A DNA stretch of 32,000 nucleotides from Methylorubrum extorquens (lineage in GTDB: Bacteria > Pseudomonadota > Alphaproteobacteria > Rhizobiales > Beijerinckiaceae). The position numbers and the translations under genes are program-made. Of this stretch, positions 8,646 to 18,702 are shown piece after piece. How positions within the stretch are numbered: position 1 is the first letter of the stretch; the number at the start of each line of letters is the position of its first letter. The stretch is from assembly GCA_900234795.1 (NCBI GenBank), contig LT962688.1, positions 5,610,001-5,642,000 of the forward strand, written 5' to 3'. Under the pieces are notes generated by a model, which saw only the letters and a program-made list of their open reading frames with translations, made no database searches and was not told the DNA's origin.

Positions 8646-9421
8646 TGGGCGTATCCATGCTGAACGTCCCGGCGGTCCTCGCCATCTACCGTTTCGAGAT
8701 GGCCCGGTTCTGGCGCACCGCCTTGCAGAGCATCGTCGCGCCGGTGATCTCCACCTCGCTCTATTTCGTGGTGTTCGGCGCCGCCATCGGCTCGCGGATG
8801 CAGACGGTCGACGGCGTTCCCTACGGCGCCTTCATCGTTCCGGGGCTCATCATGCTCTCGCTGCTGACGCAGAGCGTCTCGAACGCCGCCTTCGGCATCT
8901 ATTTCCCGCGCTTTGCCGGCACGATCTACGAACTGCTCTCGGCGCCGATCTCGCCGTTCGAGGTGGTGCTCGGCTATGTCGGCGCGGCGGCGACGAAGTC
9001 GATCATCATCGGCCTCATCATCCTCGCCACGGCCTCGCTGTTCGTGCCGCTGCACATCGAGCACCCTTTCTGGATGGTGTTCTTCCTGCTGCTCACGGCG
9101 CTGACCTTCAGCCTGTTCGGCTTCGTGATCGGCCTGTGGGCGGACGGGTTCGAGAAGCTGCAACTGGTGCCGCTCCTCATCGTCACGCCGCTGACATTCC
9201 TCGGCGGCAGCTTCTACTCCATCGACATGCTGCCCCCGTTCTGGCGCGCGGTGACCCTGTTCAATCCGGTCGTCTACCTCGTCAGCGGCTTCCGCTGGGC
9301 CTTCTTCGGCAAGGGCGACGTGGCGGTTGGGGTCAGCATCGCCGCGACGCTGGCGTTCCTCGCCCTGTGCCTCGGGCTCGTGACCTACATCTTCCGCACG
9401 GGGTACCGGCTGAAGAGCTGA
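8642..9421 (+). CDS. ABC-2 type transporter permease (YadH-like)
   Basis: 259 aa with about six hydrophobic segments. Its start overlaps the ATPase stop (ATGA). Confidence 0.9.
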
Positions 9422-9445
9422 ATCCGGACAGGGGTGGCGATCCGC

Positions 9446-9910
9446 TCAGAGCGGGCGCACAGCGTCGAGCGTCAGCGTCCGTGCCGCCGCCCCGCATCCG
9501 AGAACGCGGAGCGAAACGCTCTTGCCCACGTTCAGCAGGGTTTCGAGGGAGTGCTTGACCGCGCCGTTGGTGGCGGCGTCGAGATTGCGATAACCGTCCT
9601 CGACGTTGATGAAGCTTCGCTGGCCGGATTTCTCCTCGACGATGACCGACTCGAGAGAGAGCCCGTCGCGGCCGAACGCCCGCACCACCACCCGGCCCGC
9701 CAGCTTGGCCGGAAGGCAGCCTTCATCGGTCGAGAGGTTGCTCAAGCCGACCACCTTGCCTGCGGCATAGGTGAGCTTCGGCTGCGCCAGGGCGGTGCCG
9801 CCGAACACCAGCAGGAGGATGGCCAGGACGATCAGGGCGTTGGCGAGCGCATCCGCCACCACCGAGCGGAGAACGCCGTCCGCGGATGTTTGCGAAGTCC
9901 GACCCGGCAT
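9446..9910 (-). CDS. Hypothetical exported or membrane-anchored protein
   Basis: It has an N-terminal hydrophobic segment (ALANALIVLAILLLVFGGTALA-QP) and then a soluble domain of about 110 aa with two Cys. I do not recognise a family. An alternative start is at 9934. Confidence 0.5.
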   Translation of the reverse strand: MPGRTSQTSADGVLRSVVADALANALIVLAILLLVFGGTALAQPKLTYAAGKVVGLSNLSTDEGCLPAKLAGRVVVRAFGRDGLSLESVIVEEKSGQRSFINVEDGYRNLDAATNGAVKHSLETLLNVGKSVSLRVLGCGAAARTLTLDAVRPL

Positions 9911-10048
9911 GACCCATTCCCGAAGAATGGCCACAGCTTAAGGGCGGATCGGGCTCCGGGCGCAGTCCGTCAAACGATCTACCACCAATAGGCCGTTCGG
10001 ACTGGCGCGGGAGCCGACGGGACAGACTCTGCCCCGTGACGCGCGCCG

Positions 10049-10825
10049 CTACGGACGCTGCTCCAGGAATTCCAGCACGCCCTTGCGGTGCAGCCGGTCG
10101 CCGACCGCCGTCGAGTGGTCGCGGTTCGGCAGATCGAGGGCGCGGGCGTTCGGCAGCAGCTTCACCAGTTCCGGGCCCGAGCCCGCCACCGTGTCGAGCG
10201 TGCCGACCGAGACCAGGGTCGGCGTCTCGATCGCCGAAAGTTCGGCCCGTGACAGGGTCTGGCGTGAGGCGCGGATGCAGGCGGCTAGCGCCCGCAGGTC
10301 GCTCTTGGTCTGCTCGGCGAAGGTGCGGAAGGAGGCGGCCGTCGGGTTCGGTGCGGGCACGCCGGCGGGCGCTTCCAGTGCCTCGGCGATGCCCTGCGGC
10401 AGGCCGCGCCCGTCCACGAGGTTGAAGCCGAGGCCGCCGATCAGCAGCGAGCGGACCTCCGCTGGATAGTCGAGCGCCATATGCGCGGCGATTCGTGCGC
10501 CCATGGAATAGCCCATCACGTCCGCCCGCTCGATGCCGAGATGGCGTAGCAGCCGCACCGCGTCGCCGGCCATCTGGTCGGAGGTGTAGGATGCGGGATC
10601 GTAGAGCTTCTCGCTCTGCCCGTGGCCGCGGTTGTCGTGGGCGATGACCCGGTAGCCGGCCTCGGTCAGCGTGCGGACCCAGAGCGTATTGACCCAGTTC
10701 ACCGCGTGGTTCGAAGCGAAGCCGTGGATCAGGAGGACGGGATCGCCGCTGCCGCCGGAGGCACCTTCCTTGGCTGGTACGTCAATATAGGCGATCTGCA
10801 CGCCGTCGGAGTCGAAGCTCTGCAT
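10049..10825 (-). CDS. Alpha/beta-fold hydrolase
   Basis: It has the oxyanion-region motif LLIHGF, the nucleophile elbow GYSMG and a late NRDH motif. Length is 258 aa. Confidence 0.85.
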   Translation of the reverse strand: MQSFDSDGVQIAYIDVPAKEGASGGSGDPVLLIHGFASNHAVNWVNTLWVRTLTEAGYRVIAHDNRGHGQSEKLYDPASYTSDQMAGDAVRLLRHLGIERADVMGYSMGARIAAHMALDYPAEVRSLLIGGLGFNLVDGRGLPQGIAEALEAPAGVPAPNPTAASFRTFAEQTKSDLRALAACIRASRQTLSRAELSAIETPTLVSVGTLDTVAGSGPELVKLLPNARALDLPNRDHSTAVGDRLHRKGVLEFLEQRP

Positions 10826-10964
10826 CCCGATGTCTTCGGGTGCCGGCGCGCCGTTGTCAAAGGCGGCGATGGTGCTTCGTGCGACAACGGACGGCGTTTG
10901 GCGCGTCGCGCTCGATGGCGCCCGACTTGCCGCGGCTGCGCCGGGCTGGCATCACCCCGGCACG

Positions 10965-11810
10965 ATGACGGACACCTCGCCCTACGGCACCTACGCCCCC
11001 ACCGGCCTCGTTGCGCGGATCGCGGAGCGCACCCAGAAGCTCCCCGAGCATTCCTGGCGTGCGCGGCGGATGGCGATGTTCCTGCGCCGCCTCGCCATCT
11101 CGATGATGCGCGGCCGGCCGCTCGACGTCGAGCGCTACGGCGCGCGGATGCGGCTGCACCCCTACAACAACAACTGCGAGAAGAAGGTGCTCTTCACCCC
11201 GCAGTTCTTCGATCCGCAGGAGCGGGCCTTCCTCAAGGAGCGCCTGCGCGACGATGCGGTGTTCCTCGACATCGGCGCCAATATCGGCGCCTACGCCCTT
11301 TTCGTGGCGGGCTTCACTGGCCGGCGCGCGCGCATCCTCGCGGTGGAGCCGCAGCCCGACGTGTTCGATCGCCTGACCTTCAATATCGGCCAGAACCCGT
11401 TCGGCACGGTGAAGGCCATCGCCTGCGCGGTGGCCGACAAGTCGGGCGAGCTGACCCTGTTCATCGATCCGCGCAACCGTGGCGAATCGAGCGTGAAGAT
11501 CGTCGGCACCCACAAGAACGCGACGGTGCGCGTGCCGGCGGTGACGCTGGTGGAGCTGTGCCGTTCGGAAGGGATCGAGCGCATCGACGCGATCAAGCTC
11601 GATGTCGAGGGCGCCGAGGATCTGATCCTGGAGCCGTTCCTGCGCGATGCGCCGGCCTCCCTGCTCCCGTCAGTGCTCGTTATCGAGAACGGCGCCGACC
11701 AATGGCAGATCGACCTGCCGAACCTGCTGAACAAGTACGGCTACCGCCAAATCGCCCGCACGCGGCTCAACCTGATGTTCGAGCGGGTTGAACCGTCGCG
11801 CCCGGCGTGA
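10965..11810 (+). CDS. FkbM-family methyltransferase
   Basis: It has VFLDIGANIGAYALF (SAM-binding glycine-rich motif), AVEPQPDVFDRL and DAIKLDVEGAEDLIL. The ATG at 10965 is preferred over the track start at 10830, which would leave only 4 nt to the divergent hydrolase gene. Confidence 0.8.
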   Translation: MTDTSPYGTYAPTGLVARIAERTQKLPEHSWRARRMAMFLRRLAISMMRGRPLDVERYGARMRLHPYNNNCEKKVLFTPQFFDPQERAFLKERLRDDAVFLDIGANIGAYALFVAGFTGRRARILAVEPQPDVFDRLTFNIGQNPFGTVKAIACAVADKSGELTLFIDPRNRGESSVKIVGTHKNATVRVPAVTLVELCRSEGIERIDAIKLDVEGAEDLILEPFLRDAPASLLPSVLVIENGADQWQIDLPNLLNKYGYRQIARTRLNLMFERVEPSRPA

Positions 11811-12513
11811 GGATCGGGACGGGCGTGTCGATGGCGACGCCCTCCGGCCCGACCGCGCAGGTATAGGCGTAGGCCTCAACGCCCACTTCCAGCGCCATGC
11901 GGAGCGCGCGATCGAAGACCGGGTCGATGTCGCGGGCGACGTCGAAGGCGCCTGCCCGCATCTGGATCACCACGATCAGCATCGCCCGTCCGCCCGCGGT
12001 GACGACGCCGGCCAACTCCTCCATGTGGCGGGCCGAGCGGGCGGCCTTGCAATCGGGAAATTCCGCGAGGCCTGCCTGGCGCATGAGGTGGCAGTTCTTC
12101 ACCTCGACATGGCAGGGCAGCAAGCCGCCGCCGCTCGCCAGGAAATCGACCCGGCTCGCCTTGCCGTAGGCGACTTCCGGCCGGAGCGTCTCGTAGCCGA
12201 TCAGGGGCGCGAGCTTGTTCTCGCGGAACGCCTCTGCGACGAGGGCATTGGGCCGGGCGGTGTTGATGCCGACCCATTGCGGCCCGCCGGGCAGCTCTGC
12301 CTCCACCAACTCCCACGAGTACCCGAGCTTTCGCGAAGGATTGGTCGAGGGCGAGAGCAGTACCCGAAACCCTTCGGCGTTGAGCCCCAGCATCGCGCCT
12401 GGGTTGGCGCAATGCGCGGTCACCATCGTGCCGTCGACCAGCGTTACATCGGCGAGGAAGCGCTTGTAGCGCCGCACGAGGCGCCCTTCGATCAGGGGAG
12501 TGGGGAAACGCAT
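11767..12513 (-). CDS. sfsA: Sugar fermentation stimulation protein homolog SfsA
   Basis: MRFPTPLIEGRLVRRYKRFLADVTL...HCANPGAMLGL...VEVKNCHL is a typical SfsA sequence. Length is 248 aa. Confidence 0.85.
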   Translation of the reverse strand: MRFPTPLIEGRLVRRYKRFLADVTLVDGTMVTAHCANPGAMLGLNAEGFRVLLSPSTNPSRKLGYSWELVEAELPGGPQWVGINTARPNALVAEAFRENKLAPLIGYETLRPEVAYGKASRVDFLASGGGLLPCHVEVKNCHLMRQAGLAEFPDCKAARSARHMEELAGVVTAGGRAMLIVVIQMRAGAFDVARDIDPVFDRALRMALEVGVEAYAYTCAVGPEGVAIDTPVPILTPGATVQPARTSG

Positions 12514-12596
12514 CGCGGGCCGGGGCGGAACGAGGGGCTTTCGCTTTCGCGCATCCGCGCCCTAGCTTCCACCCCGATCATCGCCCCCGAGGCCGC

Positions 12597-13335
12597 ATGC
12601 CCCAGAGTTCAGACGTCACCGCCGCCATCCTCGTCATCGGCGACGAGATCCTTTCGGGCCGCACCAAGGACAAGAACATCGGCACCATCGCCGAGGTGCT
12701 GACCGAGATCGGCGTGGACCTGCGCGAGGTGCGCATCGTGCCGGATGTGAAAGACGAGATCGTCGCCGCGGTGAACGCGCTGCGGGCGCGCTACACCTAC
12801 GTCTTCACCTCCGGCGGCATCGGCCCGACCCACGACGACATCACCGCCGACAGCGTGGCGGAGGCCTTCGGCGTCGGCATCGACGTCGATCCGCGGGCCC
12901 GCGCCATGCTGTTGGAGCGGCACCGGCCGGAGGATCTCAACGCGGCGCGCCTGCGCATGGCCCGCATCCCCGACGGGGCCGACCTGATCGCCAACCCCCG
13001 TGTCGAAGGCGCCGGGCTTCCGGCTCGGCAACGTCTTCGTCACGGCCGGCGTGCCGCAGATCATGGCGGCGATGCTCGACGAGATCCGCCCGACGCTGAC
13101 GGGCAACGCGCCGGTGATGTCGGAGACGATCGAGGCGGGTGCGATCCCCGAGGGCAACTTCGCCGGCGGCCTCTCCGACATCGCCGCCGCACATGGCGAC
13201 GTCTCGATCGGCTCCTATCCGTCGATGACGCCGGAGGGGTTTCGCAATCGCATCGTCGTGCGCGGCCGGGACGCGAACGCGGTGGCGGCCGCGCGGGCGG
13301 CGGTGGAGGCCTTGCTGGCCGGACTTCGGTCTTAG
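12597..13335 (+). pseudogene. CinA-like / MoCF-biosynthesis (MoaB-MogA fold) domain protein, interrupted by a +1 frameshift
   Basis: The N-terminal part (12597 frame) reads AILVIGDEILSGRTKDKN...FTSGGIGPTHDDIT...RIPDGADLIANP. The C-terminal part (frame of 13000) reads VSKAPGFRLGNVFVTAGVPQIMAAML.... The two join into one ordinary protein of about 246 aa if one C is removed from the C5 run at 12995-12999. Confidence 0.75.
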
Positions 13336-13345
13336 GCATTTCGCT

Positions 13346-13363
13346 TCCGGCCCCCCGGCCGGA
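13346..13363 (+). terminator. Hairpin after the CinA-like gene
   Basis: TCCGGCC-cccc-GGCCGGA is a 7-bp GC stem, 10 nt after the stop at 13335. It has no clear U-tract. Confidence 0.35.
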
Positions 13364-13447
13364 TCCCATGAAATAAATCTCTGCCGGCTGGGAGCGCGCA
13401 AGCGCTGCCATACGTTGGGCTGCGACGAGACGACCGCCGAGGGCCGC

Positions 13448-14335
13448 ATGTCCCAGGAATCCTGTACGCACGGAGACCCGGACGACCAGGGTGAAGCGAA
13501 GACCCACGGCGCCCATACCCGCGAGAAGGACAATGCCCAGGTCGAGAAGGCCCACCGCCCGGACGCGCTGATCCTGCACGAGATCATCCGGCGGGAAGGC
13601 GAGGAGGAGATGCGCCGCACCTGGCTGGCCCTCTCGCTCTCGGGGTTCGCCGCCGGGTTGACCATGGGCTTCTCGCTGATCGTGCCCGGCGTGCTCAAAG
13701 GGCATCTGCCGCACGCGCCCTGGGCCGAACTCGTTACCAGCGCGGGCTATTCGATCGGCTTCCTCATCGTCGTGCTCGGCCGCCAGCAGCTCTTCACAGA
13801 GAACACGGTCACGCCGATCCTGCCACTTCTGACCGAGAGGACCTTCGGTGCGTTGCTGCGGGTCGTGCGGCTCTGGGGCATCGTGCTCGTCGCCAACATC
13901 CTGGCGACGATCGCCATCGCCTCGGTGCTGGCCCATACCGATGCGTTCAAACCGGAGGTGCGGGAGGCCTTCGCCGAGATCAGCCGCCACACCATCGAGG
14001 ACCCGTTCTGGACCACAGTGATCAAGGCGGTGTTCGCAGGCTGGCTGATCGCCCTGATGGTATGGATCCTGCCGGCCTCGGGCTCGGCGGCGCCCTTCAT
14101 CATCATCCTGATGACGTGGCTGGTCTCGATGTGCGGGCTCGCCCACATCGTCGCCGGCTCGGTCGATGCCTATTACCTCGTCGCCATCGGCGAGATCGAT
14201 TTTTCGAAGTACCTCACCGGGTTCTTCGTCCCGACGCTGCTCGGCAACATCGTCGGCGGCGTGACGCTCGTCTCGGTGCTCAATTTCGGGCAGGTGGCGC
14301 CCGAGATCGAGGATCACAATCGCGTCGGCGCCTGA
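13448..14335 (+). CDS. Formate/nitrite transporter (FNT) family protein, YfdC-like
   Basis: It has six hydrophobic segments. The motifs GRQQLFTENT and GLAHIVAGSVD and the C-terminal LLGNIVGG are typical of the FNT family. The ATG at 13448 is preferred (track start 13415). Confidence 0.8.
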   Translation: MSQESCTHGDPDDQGEAKTHGAHTREKDNAQVEKAHRPDALILHEIIRREGEEEMRRTWLALSLSGFAAGLTMGFSLIVPGVLKGHLPHAPWAELVTSAGYSIGFLIVVLGRQQLFTENTVTPILPLLTERTFGALLRVVRLWGIVLVANILATIAIASVLAHTDAFKPEVREAFAEISRHTIEDPFWTTVIKAVFAGWLIALMVWILPASGSAAPFIIILMTWLVSMCGLAHIVAGSVDAYYLVAIGEIDFSKYLTGFFVPTLLGNIVGGVTLVSVLNFGQVAPEIEDHNRVGA

Positions 14336-14381
14336 GCGTGCAGGGGCGCCACCGCTTAATGCCCCGGCAGCGGCGGATCGA

Positions 14382-15500
14382 TCAGGCCGCCGGCGGCTCC
14401 GGCTCGCTGGCGAAATGCTTCGAGAGCTTCAGCCCCTGCGCCTGATAGTTCGAGCCGGCGCCCGCGCCGTAGAGGGTCGCGGGTCGTTCGAGCATGCGCT
14501 CGTAGACGAGGCGGCCGACGATCTGGCCGTCTTCCAGGAGGAACGGCACGTCGCGCGAGCGCACTTCGAGCACCGCACGGGCGCCGGCCCCGCCCGCTTC
14601 ACTGAGGCCGAAGCCCGGATCGAAGAAGCCGGCATAGTGGACGCGGAACTCGCCGACCAGGGGATCGAACGGCACCATCTCGGCCGCATAATCGGCCGGC
14701 ACCCGCACCGCCTCCTTCGAGGCCAGGATGTAGAACTGGCCGGGATCGAGGATCAGCGTGCGGCTGCCGTCGGCCGGCAGCGGTTCCCAGAAGTCGCGGG
14801 TTCGGTGACCGCGCGGCCGGTCCACGTCGATCAGACCGGTATGGCGCTTGGCCCGGTAGCCGATCAGCCCCTCGAAGCCTGCGAGATCGACCGAGACCGG
14901 CACGCCGCCCTGAAGCGAGGGGGTTGCGGCATCGATCAGCGGGTCGCTGGCGTGAAGCGCGGCCAGTTCCGTCTCCCGCAGCCGCGGGTCGCCCTGGCGG
15001 AAGCGGATCTGCGACAGGCGCGAGCCGGTCCGCACCCGCACCGGGAAGGTTCGCGGTGAGATCTCGGCGTAGAGCTGACCGGCATAGCCTGCCTCGATCT
15101 GGTCGAAGGCGCTGGCGCGGTCGGTGATGACGCGGGTGAACACGTCGATGCGCCCGGTCGAGCTTTTGGGGTTGGCGCTGGCGCTGAGATCGGGGGGGAG
15201 CGCCAGGGTTTCCTGCAATTCGGCGATGTAGACGCAGCCCGTCTCCAGCACGGCGCCCTGCGTCAGGTCGATCTCGTGCAGCGCGAAAGCCTCGACGCAG
15301 GTCGCGACCGAGCGCCCGCTGCCGGGCAGGAAGCTCGTGCGCACCCGGTAGGCGCGGCGACCGAGCCGCAGGTCGAGGCTGGCGGGCTGGATCTGGTCGG
15401 CGGCATAGGCGGTCGCGGGGCGGATCGCCCCGGCTTGCGTCAGCGCCGTGATGGCCTGCGCCGGCAGGATACCGGATGTGGCCGGCACGTCTCCGCTCAT
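14382..15500 (-). CDS. 2'-deoxycytidine 5'-triphosphate deaminase, long (about 370 aa) DCD family form
   Basis: 372 aa. The N-terminus GILPAQAITAL...IQPASLDLRLG and the later FRVHYAGFFDPGFG match the double-domain alphaproteobacterial dCTP deaminase family (PF06559, from memory). Confidence 0.8.
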   Translation of the reverse strand: MSGDVPATSGILPAQAITALTQAGAIRPATAYAADQIQPASLDLRLGRRAYRVRTSFLPGSGRSVATCVEAFALHEIDLTQGAVLETGCVYIAELQETLALPPDLSASANPKSSTGRIDVFTRVITDRASAFDQIEAGYAGQLYAEISPRTFPVRVRTGSRLSQIRFRQGDPRLRETELAALHASDPLIDAATPSLQGGVPVSVDLAGFEGLIGYRAKRHTGLIDVDRPRGHRTRDFWEPLPADGSRTLILDPGQFYILASKEAVRVPADYAAEMVPFDPLVGEFRVHYAGFFDPGFGLSEAGGAGARAVLEVRSRDVPFLLEDGQIVGRLVYERMLERPATLYGAGAGSNYQAQGLKLSKHFASEPEPPAA

Positions 15501-15946
15501 CGTCCCGTTCCCTCGCCTTTGCGTTTGGCCTCGGCCTCCGCGCGCTCCGCCGCCTCGATGGCGACGACCATCCGTGCCAGCGCGAGCCGGGCGCAGGCGC
15601 CCATCGCCACGAGACCGGCGAGCGCGCTCGCGAGCAGCGGAAACAGATCGGGCCGCAGATAAGATACGCCCGCCACCACAAGCGCACCGATCCCCATCGC
15701 CTTGCCAAGCGCCAGCATCGGCGTAGGCAGGCCGCGGATCTCAGTCTCCACGCCCGTCCGCTGCCGGACGGCCCGAGCCGCGATCCGCGCGGCGGTATCG
15801 AGGCCGAGCGCCATCACGAGCGCGAGCGCCGGCCACCGGTTCTGAGCCGGGTCCCACCACGCGAAGGCAAGGGCGAGAGCGAGCGTCAGGACAGAGCCGA
15901 GAGCCGGCCCCGCCGCGAGGGGCGGGCGGTCGGGCCGCGTAGCCAT
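15497..15946 (-). CDS. Hypothetical small integral membrane protein
   Basis: The ATG at 15946 is preceded by GAGGGAG. It has about four hydrophobic segments and a charged tail (AERAEAEAKRKGEG). Its stop overlaps the dCTP deaminase start (ATGA at 15497-15500). Confidence 0.5.
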   Translation of the reverse strand: MATRPDRPPLAAGPALGSVLTLALALAFAWWDPAQNRWPALALVMALGLDTAARIAARAVRQRTGVETEIRGLPTPMLALGKAMGIGALVVAGVSYLRPDLFPLLASALAGLVAMGACARLALARMVVAIEAAERAEAEAKRKGEGTGR

Positions 15947-16113
15947 CAAGGCTCCCTCGAATTCTCCCCGGTGCGAAGCGTTCGGCACGTGGTCTCCGGC
16001 CTCCGCTCACCGTAGGATACCGTGATTGACGAGGTTTCTGGCGCCACGTACCACGGCGCGTCGCGGATGTCGCGATGCGGCCTGCGTGCCGTCCACGGAG
16101 ATGCTTTCACGCG

Positions 16114-16506
16114 ATGTACAAGGCCGAGACGCGCGGCATCATGGTGACGGTGGAGCCCCGTTTCGTCGAGGAGGAGTCCTCGCCGGGCGAGAGCCGCTAC
16201 TTCTTTGCCTACACGGTCGAGATCGTGAACAACGGCAGCGAACAGGTGCAGCTCCGCTCGCGCCACTGGCGGATCATCGACGGACGCGGCGCCTGCCAGG
16301 AGGTGCGCGGCGCGGGCGTCGTCGGCAAGCAGCCGGTTCTCGAACCGGGCGAGTCGTTCAGCTACACCAGCGGCTGCCCGCTCACCACGCCGGACGGCCT
16401 GATGGCCGGCAGCTACACGATGTCCACGCTTGGCGGCGAGAGCTTCGAGGCGGAGATTCCGGCCTTCTCGCTGGACTCGCCCCATCTGCGCCGCGTCGTC
16501 CATTGA
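16114..16506 (+). CDS. apaG: ApaG protein
   Basis: [41 protein letters not shown]...[11 protein letters not shown]...[22 protein letters not shown] is a canonical 130-aa ApaG. Confidence 0.9.
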   Translation: MYKAETRGIMVTVEPRFVEEESSPGESRYFFAYTVEIVNNGSEQVQLRSRHWRIIDGRGACQEVRGAGVVGKQPVLEPGESFSYTSGCPLTTPDGLMAGSYTMSTLGGESFEAEIPAFSLDSPHLRRVVH

Positions 16507-17678
16507 CGACGCCGGTCGGCGGCACCCGCCTGACGCCATTGGAGCTTCTGGAGCGGCTCGTCGCGTTCGACACCGAGAGTTCGAAGTCGAACCTCGCGCT
16601 GATCGACTTCGTAGCCGAGTATCTCGACGGCTGGGGCGTGCCCAATATCAGGGTGCCGAACGCGGAGGGTGACAAGGCTGCCCTGTTCGCCACCCTCGGG
16701 CCGATGACGGATGGCGGCGTCGTGCTCTCGGGCCATACCGACGTCGTGCCGGTAACGGGGCAGGCCTGGACCTCCGATCCGTTCCGCCTGCGCGTTGCCG
16801 ACGGCCGCGCCTATGGCCGTGGCGCCGTCGACATGAAGGGATTCGACGCCCTGGCGCTCGCCATGGTGCCGGCGGCGCTGGAGGCCGGGCTGACACGGCC
16901 GATCCACATCCTGCTTTCCTACGACGAGGAGACCACCTGCCTCGGCGTTGCCGACACCATCGCCCGCTTCGGCGCCGACCTGCCGCGGCCGGGCGCCGTG
17001 ATCGTCGGCGAGCCGACGGAGATGCAGGTGGCCGACGCACATAAGAGCGTCGTGACCTACAACACCACGGTGCACGGCCACGCGGCGCATTCGGCCAAGC
17101 CCGGGCTCGGCGCCAACGCTGTGATGGCGGCGGCCGACCTCATCGCCGAACTGAACCGCATCGCCGACGCGATGGTCGCCCGCGGCGACGCCTCCGGCCG
17201 GTTCGACCCGCCGAACACCACCGTCCATGTCGGCGTGATCGAGGGCGGCACCGCCCGCAACATCCTGCCGAAGCTCTGCACCTTCCTTTGGGAGTTCCGC
17301 GGCCTGCCCGACCTCGACATGGCCGAGATTCCTGCCTTGTTCGCTGCCGCCTGCGAGCGTGTGACCCGTGAACGCCTCAACCGCTACGGCGAGTTCGGGC
17401 ACATCGCGACGGTCGAGGAGGTCTCCGTGCCGGGGCTCGCGCCCGATCCGGGCTCCGAGGCCGAGCGGCTGGCCCTGCGGCTCGCCGGCCGCAACGCGAC
17501 AATCACCGTGCCCTACGCGACCGAGGCCGGACGCTTCCAGCGGGCCGGCATCCCGACCGTGGTGTGCGGGCCGGGCTCCATCGATCAGGCGCATCAGCCC
17601 GACGAGTTCGTCACCCTCGCCGAACTCGCCCGTGGCGAGGCCTTCATGCGCCGGCTGGTCGCGGCCTGCGCCGGCTGA
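16503..17678 (+). CDS. argE: Acetylornithine deacetylase (M20 peptidase family)
   Basis: [41 protein letters not shown] and a C-terminal [15 protein letters not shown]. The only plausible start upstream of the conserved N-terminus is the TTG at 16503-16505, which overlaps the apaG stop (TTGA). The track ORF start at 16026 is an upstream read-through over apaG. Confidence 0.85.
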   Translation: MTTPVGGTRLTPLELLERLVAFDTESSKSNLALIDFVAEYLDGWGVPNIRVPNAEGDKAALFATLGPMTDGGVVLSGHTDVVPVTGQAWTSDPFRLRVADGRAYGRGAVDMKGFDALALAMVPAALEAGLTRPIHILLSYDEETTCLGVADTIARFGADLPRPGAVIVGEPTEMQVADAHKSVVTYNTTVHGHAAHSAKPGLGANAVMAAADLIAELNRIADAMVARGDASGRFDPPNTTVHVGVIEGGTARNILPKLCTFLWEFRGLPDLDMAEIPALFAAACERVTRERLNRYGEFGHIATVEEVSVPGLAPDPGSEAERLALRLAGRNATITVPYATEAGRFQRAGIPTVVCGPGSIDQAHQPDEFVTLAELARGEAFMRRLVAACAG

Positions 17679-17688
17679 GACACGTGCC

Positions 17689-18609
17689 ATGATCGTCCGT
17701 CCCCGTCCCGGCCTGCTGACGATCCTGTTCGCCATGCGCGGCTCGATCCTGCCGAAGGTCGCGCCGCAGGTCATCGTGATCGCCGCGCTCTCCTTCCTCG
17801 TCGTGGCAATCGAGCAGCGTCACGCGGCCTGGTTTCCGGTCACGGCCGGGATCGGTCCCTTCACCCTGGTCGGGCTCGCGCTCTCGATCTTCCTGAGCTT
17901 CCGCAACGGCGCCTGCTACGATCGCTGGTGGGAGGCGCGGCGGGCCTGGGGCAGCCTGATCGTCGAGTTGCGCGGGCTCGCGCGGCTGCTGCCGGCACTG
18001 CTGCCGGAACCCGAACACGAGGCCCTGCGCCACCGCAGCCTGCGCCGGGGAGCCGGCTTCGCCCATGCCCTGCATGCCCGCCTTCGCGGACTCGACGAGA
18101 CGGAGGCGCTCGCCCCCTGGCTGCCCTCGGAGGAAGTTGCGACCCTCGGGCAGAGGCCGAGCGGGGCCGACGCGGCGCTGACGGGGCTGACGCGGGATCT
18201 CGCGGGCGCGGCGAAGGCCGGCGCGCTGAGCGACGTGCTGTTCGTGAGCCTGGAGCACAAGATCGCCAGCCTCTCCGCGATCCAGGCGACCTGCGAGCGC
18301 ATTCACGGCACGCCGCTACCCTTCGCCTACACGCTGCTGCTCTACCGGACAGCCTGGCTCTACTGCCTGCTGCTGCCGTTCGGGCTTGCCGGCTCGCTCG
18401 GCTGGTCCACCCCGATCATCGCCGCGCTCGTCGCCTACGCGTTCTTCGGCCTCGACGCGCTTGGCGACGAGCTGGAGGAGCCGTTCGGCACCGACGCCAA
18501 CGACCTGCCCCTCGACACCCTGCTGCACACCGCTGACGCCGCGATTCTTGATGCGCTGGGCGAGACCGGCCGAGAGGCACCGAAGGCCGACCGGTTCATG
18601 CTGCGATAG
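17689..18609 (+). CDS. Bestrophin-family (UPF0187/YneE-like) ion channel
   Basis: The ATG at 17689 gives MIVRPRPGLLTILFAMRGSILPKV.... It has FRNGACYDRWWEARRAWG, TPLPFAYT and a C-terminal GLDALGDELEEPFG, which is typical of the family. Length is 306 aa. Confidence 0.85.
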   Translation: MIVRPRPGLLTILFAMRGSILPKVAPQVIVIAALSFLVVAIEQRHAAWFPVTAGIGPFTLVGLALSIFLSFRNGACYDRWWEARRAWGSLIVELRGLARLLPALLPEPEHEALRHRSLRRGAGFAHALHARLRGLDETEALAPWLPSEEVATLGQRPSGADAALTGLTRDLAGAAKAGALSDVLFVSLEHKIASLSAIQATCERIHGTPLPFAYTLLLYRTAWLYCLLLPFGLAGSLGWSTPIIAALVAYAFFGLDALGDELEEPFGTDANDLPLDTLLHTADAAILDALGETGREAPKADRFMLR

Positions 18610-18702
18610 CCGCGCGGCCCTGAAAGGCGGCCAAGGTCACGGCGACGACGAGCTTGACCCGGCCAGAGTTCCGCGTCGCGCGTCGATGCCCGTTCCGGAG
18701 GC

